DNA of 64,000 nucleotides from the human T2T-CHM13v2.0 reference genome, Homo sapiens: NCBI RefSeq assembly GCF_009914755.1, contig NC_060925.1. One strand, given 5' to 3'. This document shows positions 13,765-31,570 of this stretch, in pieces (position 1 is the stretch's first letter; the number at the start of each line of letters is the position of its first letter). The notes beneath the pieces were generated by a model. The model worked only from the letters and a program-made list of their open reading frames with translations, had not been told where the DNA came from and did no database searches. Both the position numbers and the translations under genes were made by a program.

Positions 13765-15659
13765 TCCACTTAACATCAAACGTATCTATCCATGATCTTA
13801 AAAGCCATTACCTACTAGGCTACTAGGCATTTCTTGGTTTAATGTTTATTTTTGAATTTCCCCTGATACAAGAATTTGTGAGCAACTAGTTTCCCTGAAA
13901 GGTGGTTCCAGAAAACACTGTAAGTGAGTGGGCAGTAAGATGGAGAAGGGAAGAAAGCCCATTAGGGAACATTGTTGAGGGGGTTATTTCATTGCCAACT
14001 GGGACTCAATCATGCTGGAAGCATCTGAGAGCATGTAGAACCCAACTCTGAGTTGTCCTCCTCAGGAAAAAGACCTGGGTATTTTTCTGCCTATTCTCTT
14101 CTCTCACTGGTGAAGTTTTGCTCCAGTAGCAATGGCTCCCAGACCCAAGGGATCTACACTGTTGGCTGGCTGAGCAGGCTCCAAGGATGGGGCTCACCAT
14201 CAGTCAGAGAGACATGGGTAGCCAATGACACCTATGGGACCATTTGCACTAACCTCTAGAGTAGGTCAAGGCCATATGGCCAGGATACAGATGAACTCTT
14301 CTACAGCTGCCTTTTCTGTATGGTTCCATCTGTTGACTAAGCACAATGGCATCAGACAGTCTCTACTGGCTTACAGAAATATCACTAACTTTTTTGTATT
14401 AATGTTGAATCTTGCAACTTTACTGAATTCATTTATCAATTCTAACAGTTTTTTATGGAGTCTTTATGTTTTTCTAAATATAAGATAGTGTCATCTACCA
14501 ACAGGGACATTTTGACTTCTTCCTTTCCAATCTGAATGCCCTTTTATCGCCTTTTGCTTGTCTAATTGCTCAGACTAGGATTTCCAGTACTATGTTGAAT
14601 AAAAGTGGTGAAACTTGGCATCTTTGTTTTGTTCTAGATCTTAGAAGAAAGGCTTTCAACTTTTCCCCATTTAGTATGGTATTAGCTATGGGTTTGTGAC
14701 TTAATGGCCTTTTTTGTTTTTAGGTACTTGGTATAATTTTGATTTCTAAAAATTTGCCGTGACTTGTTTTATGGCCTAACATAATCCTGGAGAATATTTC
14801 ATGTGGTAATGAGAAAATGTGTTTCTGCAGCTGTTAGATGAAATGTTCCATAAATATCAATTTGTTCCATTTGGTATAGTGTGTAGTGTAACTCCGAAGT
14901 TTGTTTGTCAATTTACTGTATGGATTATCTGTTTATTGCTGAAAGTGGGGTGTTCAAATCTTCTAGTGTTATTCTATTGCAGTCAATCTCTCTCTTTAAG
15001 TCTATTAATATTTGCTTTATATATTTAGGTGCTCTGGTGTGGAGGATATATACATACACACATACATACACAAACACAATTGTCATATCCCCTTGCCATA
15101 TTGACTTCTTTATCATTACATTTATTACAAAATAATCTTCTTTTAAAAAATCGTTTTTGATTTGAAGTCTATTTTATCTAAGCATATCTACTCCTGCTTT
15201 TTTTGGGTTGTTTCGCATTGGTTACTTTCTTCATCCTTTCACCTTTAGTGTATGCATGTCTTTATAGGTGAAATGAGCTTCTTGAGGACAGCATATAGCT
15301 GAGTCTTGTTTTTTAAAATCCATTCTGCCACTCTATGTCTTTTAATAGGATAATTTAACCCATTTACACTCAAGATTATAACTGATAGCTAAAGATGTAC
15401 TATTATCATTTTGTTGCTTATTTTGTTTTTTTTTTTTTTGAGTCTTTCTTTGTTCCTCCCTTACTCTTTTCCTTCATAGTTAAGTCTTTGTCTCTAGTAG
15501 TATCTTTTGATTTCATGCTATTTATTTATTTTTAATTTATTTTTAAATTTTATTTTATTTTAAGTTCTGGGTTACATGTGCAGGACATGCAAGTTTGTTA
15601 CACATGTAAATGTGTGCCATGGTGGTTTGCTGCACCTATCAACCCATCACCTAGGTATT

Positions 15660-17531
15660 TTTTTTTCACTGCTAAAATATTTTATTTTAAAATGTACCAC
15701 AGTGAATGGATGTATCCATACTGGTTTTTATAAATGTACACACGCACATCCATATATTCGACAAAGTATATATATGTACTGGCTAAAGACCTATCCAAAA
15801 GAGGAAATATTTCTAGAAAGTTCATGTGTTTATACTTCATTTGACAATTAAAACTTACTTATTTGAACTGAAGTTTCAGTTGCTTAGCAATGACTAATAA
15901 TACCAATGCCTGTCAATAATGACAACTAAATTGAGAACTGTAAATTTCACTGCTGTGCCTTGGGTCAAAATTTTCAATGATGGAATCCTAAATAAGTAAC
16001 AGTTATTCCTATAATGGGGTATATATTCAGAAGGAATAAATATCTGCCACTATTACCAAAAGACTGTTCTCTGTAGAGCTCAAAAAAGTATTATGCCACA
16101 ATACATCATTTGTATTTAAAAAGGATCTCTTGTTTAGATGCCACTGCAGATTCTGCTTTTACTAAACAGAAAGGCAGCACCCCATTTCTTTCTTGTAAAG
16201 GAGGGAAGTCTTTTATAAAAAACTCTTTGAAGAAGTTTTGATAGTTACGTTCAGAGTCAAACACAGCAGCACTTTATTAACAAGGACAGAGTAATATAAT
16301 CACAAGGAAATACTTGTAAGTCTAAATTAAATGATATCTTGGACAGCATAAAATGAATAATAACAACGGCAGGCATCTCAATATGTCTGTCTCACAGCTG
16401 TTCAATGTCAAAGTAATTTGTAAGTGAGGAAAGACAAGAGCAACATTTACATCACAAATTGACTGTAAAATACTTCATTACATTGAGAAAGGTAATCAAT
16501 GGTCAAAATCCATAACCAGAAGGAGATACCATTTGAGTATCTATCAATGGGCCAAACAGACCTGTTAGATTTTAATATTGCCTGGTATGGAACTCAGATA
16601 CTGATTTCCTCTCTATGTAGGAAGCCAATGTTCATGTTCTTGATAATAGTCCTTAATCTTTCTGATTGAGGCAGTCCAAACCCATCTGACCTCAGAACAC
16701 TAGGTCTAAGAGTCAACTTCTTACATTGATATATTTTCCTTGAGTTCTTTCATGGTGCTGTATCAGCATGTTACTATAATCTGAAAATGATATGGGGCAC
16801 AAAGGAGCTATATATATATCTGAAATTATATATATATATGAAAAGTATCCCATATTCCAGTATCACATGACAAAAAATTTATGGTTAAATTATTTAAGAC
16901 ATTTACTTTATTTTTCTTGTGGCCATCCATTTAATTAAGTGAAGAACATCAGTGTATTAAGAAGGTCCCTCTTTATCACATGATATTTCTAAGCAGATAT
17001 TTAGGAATGCTCAGAAGATTCCACTTTCAGTTGCCTAAGGCCTCCTAAGACATAATTTAAAGTGAGACTTGAACAGAAACAAGTATCTTCTGACTCTAGC
17101 TGAAATCGTAGAAATAGTTTCTGTTTAAATCCTGGGAAACCTTAGATAAGGTATGTGAAACTGAAAAAAGATCGAATCAGCACACACAGATAAAGGATAC
17201 AACAGATACCAAGATGGGTAAATGCCCAATTATTTTCAGTCCTCATAATCTGTACAAAGCTATGAGGCAACCAGTAGGCCATATCTCACTAGGCAGCCTT
17301 TGAGGAAGATGTTTCCCCATTTGAAACACAAGAAATTATGAAAATACGGAGATGAAGAGGGAGCAGTTCTGTGTTTCTTGCTGTGTTACCTTTATTATAT
17401 TCTTAGTGTCACTGAGACTAGTTTAAAAACAGCCTGCAACAAGAATATTCTCATCACCAACCACCTTTTCCACCTTTCTTCTTTTTCTGTTGCTGCTTCT
17501 TTTTTGTTGCTGGAGCCCCTGCAGGTTTCTG
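15660..17531 (-). pseudogene. SRP72: 5'-truncated processed pseudogene of SRP72 (symbol is the parent gene)
   Basis: Minus strand 17531-17454 reads QKPAGAPATKKKQQQKKKKGGKGGW*, the SRP72 C-terminus; about 1.8 kb 3'UTR, AATAAA 15686-15681, short poly(A), TSD acccatcacctagRtatt at 15642-15659 and 17532-17549. Confidence 0.88.
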
Positions 17532-19052
17532 ACCCATCACCTAGATATTAAGCCCTGTATGCATTAGCTATTTATCCTGGTGCTCTCCCTCCCCCTGCCG
17601 CCTAACAGGCCCCAGCGTGTGTTGTTCCCCTCCCTGTGTCCATGTGTATGTGTTCTCATTGTGTAGCTCCCACTTATAAGTGAGAACATGTGGTGTTTGG
17701 TTTTCTGTTCCTGTGTTGGTTTGCTGAGGATAATGGCTTCCAGCTCCATCCATGTCCCTGCAAAGGACATGATCTCATTCCTTATTATGGTTGCATAGTA
17801 TTCCATGGTGTATATGTACCACATTTTATTTATCCAGTCTATCATCGATGGGCATTTGGGTTGATTCCATGTCTTTGCTATTGTAAGTAGTGCTGCAATG
17901 AACATACACATGCATGTATTTTTATAACAGAATGATTTATATTCCTCTGGGTATATACTCAGTAATGAGATGGTTGTGTCAAATGGTATTTCTGGTTCTA
18001 GGTCTTTGAGGAATCACCACACTATCTTCCACAGTGGTTGACATTTATTTTTTAATGTATCTACTATAAGTTTTTGTGTTGTGGTTTCCCTAAGGTTTAT
18101 AAAAAATTTTATAGTCATAACAGGTTATTTTAAACTGACAATTTAACGTCGATCACAAAGAAAAGAATGATAGCAAAAACAAACTCTTCTTTAATATCAC
18201 TCCTTCCCAGATTTTGATGTCTCTATTTCCATCTTTTTATATTGCCTGTCTCTATTGTTGCAGTTATTATCTGTAATAGTTTGTTTCATAGTCTTCATGC
18301 TAAAGATATAAGTGGTTGAGTTTCTACAGTTATATTATTCTAAATTTGTCTGTAAACTTACTTTTACCAATATGTTTTATACCTCCAGATGTTTTCTTCT
18401 AATACGTTAGTGTTCTTTTCTTTCAGACTGAAGAGTTCTCTTTAACATTTCTCTTAAAACAAATCTGGTCTTGATGAATTCCCTCAAATTTTGTTTGTCC
18501 AGGTAAGTCTTTATCTCTCATTCATATTTGAAGTTAGCTTTGCTGGGTACTAATATTTGTGTTGGACTTTTTTCTTTAGTACTTTGAATATATCCTTCCA
18601 CTCTCTCTTGGCCTGCAGAGTTTCTGCTGAGAAATCTGAAAGTTGTATTGGGGCTCTGTTTAATGTGACATATTTCTTTTCTCTTGCTGTTTTCAGTATT
18701 CTTTCTAGGTCTGACATTTGATAATTTCATTATGCTGTACCTTGGGGAAGAATTCCTCTTTGGGTTGAAGTGGATTGGTGACCTCTGAGCTCCATTCATA
18801 GATGAGCTCTGAGCTCCATGTACCTGAATTCTACAATCTTTCTCCAGATATGGGGATTTTCAACCATTATTTTCTTAAATATTCTTTCTAGGCCTTTTTT
18901 GTCTCTTGTCTCCTTGCAATCTCCTATTATGCAGAGGTTTGTTTGATAGAGTCTCATAATTCTCATAGGCCTTTTTCACTGCATTTTATTCTTTTTCCTT
19001 TTTGCCCTCTGATTGGTTAATTTCATATGTTTTGTCTTTGAGCTTGCTGAAT

Positions 19053-19320
19053 CTTTTTTTTTTTTTTCCTGTCACTCAGGCTAGAGTGCAATGGTGCAAC
19101 CATAGGTCACCGTAACCTTGAACCCCAGAGCTTAAACCACTCTCCCATCTCAGCCTCCTGAGGAGCTAGGACTACAGGCATGCACTACCATGCCTGACTT
19201 TTTTAAGAGACAAGGAGTCTTATTATATTGCCCAGGTTGGTCTCAAACTCCTGGTCTCAAGCAATCCTCTTACCTTGGCCTCCCAAAGTGCTGGGATTAT
19301 AGGCATAAGGCACTGTGTTA
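19053..19320 (-). mobile_element. AluJ
   Basis: Diverged reverse Alu. Confidence 0.85.
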
Positions 19321-19450
19321 GGGCCCAGGCTTGCTGATTCTTTCCTTTGTTTGATCAGGTCTGCTGCTGAAGTTTTCTGTTGGGTTTTTCAGTTCAGTTA
19401 TTGCATTCTTTATTTCTAGAATTTTGATTTGGTTTTTAAAAGTTGTTCCT

Positions 19451-19748
19451 AGGCTGGGCATGGTGGCTTATGCCTGTAATCCCAGTGCTTTGAGAGGACA
19501 AAGGGAGAGGATGGCTTGAGCCCAGGAGTTTGAGACCAGCCTGAGCAATATAGGGAGACCCTGTCTCCACAAAAAAATTAAAAATTAGCCAGGCATTCTG
19601 GCTTGTGCCTGTAGCAGTCACTTGGGAGGCTGAGGCTGAAGGATCACTTGAGACCAGAAATTCAAGATGGCATTGAGCTATGATCATACCACTGCACTCC
19701 AAGCTGGGTGAAAAAGTGAGCCCTCCATCTCTAAAAAACAAACATCAA
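19451..19748 (+). mobile_element. AluJ
   Basis: Diverged Alu; TSD-like aaaaRttgttcYt. Confidence 0.88.
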
Positions 19749-21949
19749 ATAAAAATTGTTCTTATTTCTTTGTCAAATTTCTTATTTTGTTTCTGGATTG
19801 TTTTATAAATTTTATTTAATTTTCTATTGATATTTTTTGTGATTTCCTGAATTTTTAAAAGAGGGTTATTATTAATTATTTCTCAGGCAGCTCACAGATC
19901 TTTAATTCTTCAGGGTCTATTACCAGAGCTTTGTTGGTTTTTTTCCCTGATTTTTTTTCAGTCTTGTGTCTTTACATTGATGCCTGTTCATTCGAAGAGA
20001 TGGCCACCTCTTCCAACTTTTGCAGGTGTTCTTTGGTGATGTTAGACTTTTATTACTTAACATTAGAACTTTATTTGCTGGCCTGTAGTTGCTTCCCATT
20101 CTGGAAAGGATTTATATTGAGCACCAGAACTTAAACACTTCCCTGGAACTAAATCACCACCCTTTCATTTTTTCCCAATCTGGGGAAGACTTATTGTGAG
20201 TACCAGAACTTATAGCTCGCACAGGAACTTAAACACAGACCTGCAGTGGTTTCCAGGTCTGGGGAAGACTTAAGAGAGCACCAGAACTTCATCACTGACC
20301 TTTCAGTTGCTTCCAGGTCAGGGGAAAGTTCCATGTAAGCATCCGGGCCGTGTGGGAAATCTGACCAGGGACTCAGGCCTTCCCATGGGTTGTGTCCCAT
20401 GAAGCACTATGGCACTATCCAGTCTCCTCTGTGTGATGCCCAGCTGATTTAAATGCAGAGTAGCCACCAAGATCCACATGCCATTCCCCGTGATAAGCAC
20501 CTTTTCCCCCCACTTGTCTTCAATTCACCCCAGGTGGTTCAGTCCTCCTGGCATTCCCAGTGCTTCCTGTGGGACAGGACTGCCATGGGCTTCCCATGAA
20601 AATTCCCAGACCAGTGGGGAGATAGAATGTCCACTTCCAGTTCCCTCCTTCCATCTTGGAAACTGTGGGTCCAGGGAAGTTCTCTGTGAGTGGCGGTTAT
20701 GCCAGCTTAGGGGAGAGGGTGGCACAGTCTAAAATGGCCATTTCTGTTACCAGTTGTGGTTTTGTTGTAGGGGCTTTCTCCTCTTCTCTCTCAGGTTCTG
20801 GTGAATTCAAGGTGGTGTTCTTGTCTTTGAATAGTTACTAGCTGTACTTTTGTGGGGAGGAGTGGTGCTGAGGATCTTCTATTCCACCAACCATAAATGA
20901 ACTAATTTCATAAATAAAATTAAAATTTCCACTATCCAGAAAGTCACTTTCCACACCATTTTATGAGTGGATAAGAATGGGTAATTATGTATGTGTATAT
21001 TTTCATGTTATTAACATGCTTAAACAAAGATCCACCCCAAGTCTCAGTCTTTAAGAGTACAGAAAAAACAGTTGAGGTTTTTAAATATTAGCCCTTTATT
21101 TTTCCTTTCTTACCATTCTTTACTAATATAAAGGAGTAGTTTTGACTTATTTTCACATAGATTTAAATTATCCTTCCATTCTTTAATTTATCCTTTTATT
21201 TAAATCCCTTTTAAAAGTTATTTAAAATAAATACATATATATTCTAACAAATATTAAAACAATAAAGGTAGGTATAGAGAGCTTACCTCCATTATATTAC
21301 CCATTTTTCTCTTTCCATTTTAAATTTAAATTTCACATTTAAGATTTTAACTTTGTACATAATTCTATAAATTATAAACCATGTTAGAAACGCATCTATT
21401 TCTTGACCTATCAACTTTATTTATCTTTAAAATTAAGATACATTCACGTTTAACAAATTAGCATATTATCTGGTGCACACAGTTCCCTTTCCCTACTCCC
21501 AGAGAACCACTGTCATATCTTGCAACATTTTTTTCCTGATATTTATGTTCATATTTTAAGGCAATGTTTTTTCTATTTTTCTTAAATTATTCATTTTAGC
21601 TGTTATCTATTGATTACAGATATATATATTTAATCATCTTCTAATATATCACCTGCTTTTTCTTTTTGTTTCAATATAATTATTGCATAATTTTGGTTAC
21701 ATCAATAATAACTTTTACATGTTATGACTATGCAGTATACCAAATAGCGTTTTGTGAGTATGTTTCATTGCTTTTGTTTTAATACGTTGTCTATAATGTC
21801 CTTTTCCAGTAATGTTTGTTTGCTTGCTTGTTTTGTTTTCTATATTTCTATTTACATTTCCTCCTAAATGCACCAAGAGATTTTTCAGTCTACCAAATCT
21901 ATTCCAAATGTTGAGATATCATATGCTTTATCAATTCCTTTCTTATTCT

Positions 21950-22410
21950 TGTGTGTCTTTCTCCCAAAGTCCTAGAAACAGACCTTGAAACAAGAATTAA
22001 AATGTAGGTAATTTGTTTAGGAGGTGCAGGAAACACCAGGAGAGAAAGGCAGTGAGATATGGAAGGAAAGTCAACCAAAAAGGATATGTTAGCAAGCTAG
22101 TTAGGATGACCACAGCCTCATCCCAAGGGACACTGATAAAGATGGTGAACTCGCACCTCAGAGTAATCATAGCTAAGGGTAGGGAGCTGGGATATTTATA
22201 CATACTTCCATCAGTTGTTAATTGAGATCTGCTTCTGCAAGGTGTTATCTTCAGTTTATCCTGCTAATTGCAAATCAGAGTAGCCTTCGATGGTTGTGGA
22301 AAAAGCCTGGGTAAAAGGAAACAGATATAGGCAGTTGGAAGTTGTTTAGAGTGTGCTAAAGTGGCAGGGCGCTGGTGATACTGACAGGACATTGACAGGG
22401 GCTGCTACAC
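21950..22410 (-). mobile_element. Old ERVL LTR (LTR16/LTR33-like); similar remnants near 13850-14280, 26360-26620 and 46750-47260
   Basis: agaaacagaccttgaaacaagaatt..tttgtttaggaggtg..ggaaacacc motif. Confidence 0.55.
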
Positions 22411-24814
22411 ACTACAACAAGCAATGGATGTTCTCATATCTGTAGACTCGCCTTCCTGCCCTGTCTTTACTTTGTTGACTCATGTTCTCTTTCTTATTTC
22501 CTCATTTTATTGGAGCACATCCTCCAGGAACTTCCTAAGAAATGATGTATAGGAAGTAAGCTATTGAGTGAACTCCTATATTCTTGAAACTGTCATTATT
22601 TTCACACTTGATTGATAGTTTGGCTGGGTGTAGTAGGGTGGGTAAAGTGTAATTTTTCCTCTCATTTTAAAGGAATTTGTCTACTGTTTTAATATATTCC
22701 ATACAGCTATTGAGAAGTCAAAAGACATCCTGATTTCTGACCTGACTTTTCCTCAACGCTGGAAGCTTTTAGGATACAATCTTTACTCATGGTGTTCTAA
22801 AATATCATGTTGGTATACTTTACTGTATGATTTATTTTTATTTATTATGCTAATTCTTGATGGGCTCTTTCACACTATAAACTCATGTTCTTTTATTCTG
22901 AGAAATTTTCTTAGAAAATGTTTTCAGTAACATTTCTTCACTGTTTTCTCTTTTCATGGAAACCAAAATCATTTGATATTGGACCTCCTTGTTAATTATT
23001 GGATTTAGTTATGTTTTCTGCCCTCATTCTTACCTTCAATTCTCCAAACATTTTTTTGGAGATTTCCTTGACTTCATTTTTTTTCTGAATTTTTCAATTT
23101 CTTTTAAGAACACTTGCTAACATTTTTCAAAGAATTTTTAAAAATTGTTTTCTGTTTTTAAAAAAATAGTAATCCTGTTCTTTCCACCTAGATTCATTAT
23201 TGTCTCTATGGAGCTATTTTGCAATAGAGAAGTATGATTTTGCTCCCTGCAAACCTCTGTTAATGATCATTGGTCAGCAGTTGTTCTTTAAGAGTAAGGC
23301 CTAAATAATCTCATTTAAAGTTCTGTGTATGTGAACAAATTTTGCTGGCAGCAGGCTTACTTGCAGCCTGATGGGACAGTGAGGCATTTTAAATTAACTT
23401 GTGGCTATAACAGAGAGTGTTAATTGTTTCCCTGTATTAACCTCTATTTTCACTTTAAGTAATAGAACCACTTCTACCATTTCAGCAGGGCACAGTGTTG
23501 CTCAACTAGTCCCTCCCTTGGAGCAACCTCCCAATAAATGCAACATGCTTGTCACCTTCTTAAAAAGGAAGCTTCTTGCTCTCCTCTTCCTCTTCCATAC
23601 TCTTGAGGGCTGAAATGCTGATAGGGTGCCTGAGAGCCAGCTTCTGCCTTTTTGAGAAGGACAGCATCCTAGGGGATATTAAAGCAACAAGGAGAAAAGG
23701 CCCTAGTCCCTAGTTGACCATGTTGAGCAGTACTGCCTTCCATCCTGACTGGGTTTTTGCCTCCGAACTGTTTTTGAAAGAAAAATAAAGTTCTACCTGC
23801 TCTGAGCCATTGAGTTTTTGGTTGTCCTATCTCATGACAAGTATAGGACAATGAATATCCAAATACTGATGTTTATAGGTGTCTTCTTTGTTGCTGTCCA
23901 GTTGCTCCAGAGAAGGAACTTCTGTGGTTTTTTTTGCCTGTTTACAACTTGAGTTTACAACTTAAATTTCTCCTGTGCAAGATGAGGCAATTACTGCTTC
24001 TGTACTTTTTAAAATTCTGTTTCCCCCTCTATTCCTCAGTCTATTTCCATCACCACATTACTTTTGCACTATCAACATCGAGAGAACTTTCTTTCCTGAA
24101 ATGATTGCTCCTATCCCTAAAAGACACAGCAGTTGCGTTTGTCTCCTTGCTTTAAGTTAAATGTTTTTCTTTACACTATGACTAACTAGTTCATATATTT
24201 CCTTCAGAAGTTCACCCACAGTGGTGCTGAATAATTACACCAGGAGTAAAAAATGTATAGGTTATTTGGAATGTGAATCTGGTGCTAAAGTTTAGTTGAG
24301 CCTGAGAAAAGTCAACTACGAAACCCCTGCTGCCAAATATTCTTCTTTGACCACAAGAAAATAAATTAAAACGAAGTGAATTCTTTCTATGTCAGGTTTA
24401 ATAATTGTGGGGAGAAAGCAATTGGAAAGCTAGAGGCTCGGCTCTGCCCTAAAAAAGTTATAACTAAAGAGAGACTATTTTGATTCCATTACCATTTTAT
24501 ATTTATGGGCACTATAAAAGGGGGATGCTATTTTCTAATATTTCTCTGAATTTAGGAATTACCCTTCCTAGTGCTGTTTCTGCCAATTTTAACCAATAAG
24601 TGACCTTCTGATACCAAGTCTATTTGCATATTTAGGGATATAGTGAATTCTCCTTTATTTAAAAAATAATACTCTTTATTCAAAATGTAAATACATTGAA
24701 TAGATTATGTAATTAAAAATTATTTCCATAAAATTATTTTCCCTCAGAAACTTTATATGCCATCTATCTCAATACCAAGTAGAAGCTTACTACAAGTTTT
24801 AGATTATCCCAAAA

Positions 24815-25697
24815 TGTCTGAGTCTCAGCCTGGGTCCAATCAGGAGACAGAAACCATACAATGATTTAAATAGAGGAAATTTAATATACAGAATTACTAA
24901 ACTCTGATAAAAAAGTAATTATAAAATTTAAGAAAACTCTGTATGGTATTCTAGGGCTGAGGCAAGGTACTCAAGGGAGACAAACTGCAATGAGGTGCCC
25001 CTTCCCAAGGCTGGGGTTTAGACTTCATTAAAAAAGGTATAGTAGCAATCCACTGGATGCCAGAGAAGTTCACTAGTTGCCTGGACAAGAGCTGGTCTGT
25101 GGTCATTGGGCAAGTAGAAACCAAATATCCAGAATAGAGGCAGAATATAGGTGAGCTCCAGCTGGTGGCTACATGCATAAGCCTGCAGATAGGGTTGGGG
25201 GTCACTGGAACATGAGCTATCTGTGAGGGGAACCACAGATAGTGGCCAGATGGGCAGGTGTGCAGAAAAGTGACCCCAGTAGCAAGTCTTCAAGGCAGAG
25301 AAAGCACATAGGCAAGTAGGTGGCCAGGTGTGAGGGCATGAAGAGGGAGTAGGGGTGCTGTTGTGGCAAGAGTCTTGGAGAAGTATCCGTCAGAAGAACC
25401 ACGGGGAGGTGATAGCCAGCCTGGTCCACGACTGCAAGATTGCCAGGGGATAGTGCATTCTGGGAAGAGGGCCTGGGGCAGACCACCCCCATATATCTTA
25501 CTAACCCATCATGTAGCAGCAGGAAACAGCAGGAGAATCCTTGCTTCCTGCAATGTCCCTCAAGCATCCTCTAATGAGAATATTAAACATCATTCTCACT
25601 GTAAAGGATTAATACTTAAGGGAATTTCATCCATTATCACAGAGCTGTAATAAACGGTTAGTTTGGATGTGAGAGGAAATGCACTGATAACTGGCAC
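24815..25697 (-). mobile_element. Old LTR (LTR78-like)
   Basis: gggtccaatcaggagacagaaacca..aatttaatatacagaattac terminal motif. Confidence 0.55.
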
Positions 25698-26767
25698 GGC
25701 ACGTATAACTTAATGATGCTAAAATAAAAATGCAAAGTCAAAATACTCAAGGATTGCTTACAGCGAGACTTATGGAAGAGGAAGTACAGGAAGAGTAGCA
25801 GCAAATTCACTAAAATTTAGACTTATAAGCAATTTTGTTGAGTTTATTTTCAGTCAAGGAAAAATGATTATATATTTCCTACTAGTTGATAAAAAGAAAC
25901 AGTTCTGAAAGAGGAGCTTATTTTCACTAATTAAAATAGAAAAACTTAAAATAGAAAATTAAAATTTATCCCATGGGCCATTTAATAAGAAACAGTGAAT
26001 AACATAATTAGGACAATGCCAATAACATGGACAATAGCAAAGTTGTTTTTCAAATAGCCAAATATACCAGCCTTTAATAAGAACTGAGTTGATCTATTAA
26101 AACATAAATTAAGACTGATGCTTTTACAAGAAGTTAAGCAAGCTACTGATATCCAGGTACAGCTACTAAAGCTTTGTTTTGAATCAAAGATAGACCCTGG
26201 AATACATAGAAAAATGAATGGATTTCGTCTCTGTTAGACTAGTGATTCCTGCATTTGCTGAACATGAGAATAACTTCAGGCATTTTAAAAATAATTCAGG
26301 CATTGAAGCCTCATCAGATATATTTGATTAGGGGATTGGGAATCTGCATTTTAGCAAACACAGATATTTTGGGGGAGCTGCCTCACTCAAGGTGGCAGTC
26401 TTTCTCTGGGACACCCACATTTATTGATTGGTTGGTGCAGTGGTACAAAAGCCCAGCTTTACTTAATCCTGGACACCTTTGAAGGGCCAGTCCAACTTTA
26501 AGGATGCTCTGAAGTCTCTGATGCAACTGCTTCAAAGTTTTGCTTTTCTGTCTTCCTTCTCATTCTTCCTTTACAGACAATGTTCCTGTAAGAACGCCTC
26601 AATAAACCACTCTGCATGCACATTTATATTTCTTCTGTTTTGATTTACTTGTTTGTGTTGTTTCCTCATGTGTTTGACAATTTTATTTTTAAATGATTTG
26701 TAAAGAAGGCTTTTATATTTAAGACATGAAATTTTAATTGTTATATCTGCTTTAATTATTTAATTGA

Positions 26768-27073
26768 ATTTTTTTTTTTGAGATAGGGTCTCGCTCTGTC
26801 ATCCAGGCTGGAGTGTGGTGGTGTTATCATGGCTCACTGCAGCCATGACCTCCTGGGCGCAAGTGATCTTCCTATCTCAGCCTTCTGAGTAGCTGAGACC
26901 ACAGGCATGCACAACCATGCCCAGCTAATATTTTTTATTTTTACTTTTGTAGAGACAGGGTCAGGATCTCCCTATGTTGCCCAGGCTGGTCTCGAACTCC
27001 TGGGCTTACAGGATTCACCCTGTTGGGCTTCCCAAAGTGTTGAGATTACAGGCATGAGCCACTGTACCTGGCC
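26768..27073 (-). mobile_element. AluJ
   Basis: Reverse Alu. Confidence 0.9.
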
Positions 27074-27199
27074 TTAAAATTTTATTATTCTTTCATTTAC
27101 TTAATAGTGTTTGATATATTGGAGATTTAAAAAATTGTATTCAAATTAAATATTTTTCCATTTAATTATTTCCACCCTCACTCTAATGCTTAAAAACAT

Positions 27200-27522
<323 letters not shown>

Positions 27523-28529
27523 TTAGTGCTCCCAATGGACTTATTTAAAAACAGGAAATCAATAGTTAAAAGCAATCCTCAAGGATTGTCCAGAGTTAGT
27601 TCTGTGAGGAGGAAGTACCAGAAGATAGAACAGGGACAAAATGAGAATCAAAGCAGACTGGGGATTCTTACCCCTACTTCCCAAGTTTGTTTTTTAGTTA
27701 AAAAGAAAATACTGAAAAATTTTATCAGCAAATGTATAACTGCCCTCATTTCTCAATTGCAAAACTGTGAGAGGGTCTGATATAGGTGTGTGCTTAGTTT
27801 TAACCAAGTCCCACTTCTGAATCCAAATCTTTCAACAGTGTTTGAACACTAAAATAGTATGAATAGACATGTTATGATCCAGCATGTAGAAAACTATGGT
27901 CCAATACTGTACAGTATTTCCTATTTTATCCAGCTACTCAGTTTCTTTCCCCCTCCAAGATACATCCCTAATTTATTCCAGAAAGATTTTACTTAACATG
28001 CCAGTCCTCTCAGTCTGTCACCACTTCTTCTTACAGAACTTGTTTCCTCATTCCTACCTCATCTTGCCCTATTCCTCCTTTTCAAATGCCATCATTCTCT
28101 TGATTTGTAGCAATCACCTTTTTTCTGTTATTTATAGTTTTATAAAATAAGAATGCATCCCTAAATAATCTAGCTGAGTGTTTGTTACTTCTTTTTATAT
28201 ATGAGATCATGCAGTATATATTATATTTTGACTGATTTCTTTTGCTTACATTTGTGAGATTTATGTTGTGTCTAGTTGTTATTTATTCATTTTTATTGCT
28301 ATATATTACACCATTCTGTGACTGTACTATAATTTATGTATCCATTTTATTAAGGATACAATTTAGATGGCTTTAGTTCTTTGGTGATTACATAACTATG
28401 AATATTCCTATACATGTCTTTTGGTGTACACGCTGGTTGTATAATGTACATATTCAACTTTCATAGACAAATTTCCAGAATCTAGATTTATATCCTGGCT
28501 ATGCTGCTTAAAAGTTATACAATCAGTAA

Positions 28530-31570
<3,041 letters not shown>

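Larger units (their letters stand above)
14365..20900 (-). mobile_element. Old fragmented L1M with nested L1PA (about 15535-18040), SRP72 retrocopy and two Alus
   Basis: Reverse ORF2 endonuclease (RAPKYIKQILIDLKREID..NTPLSAINR), ORF1 remnants 18500-18800, 5'UTR-like part near 20 kb. Confidence 0.8.
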
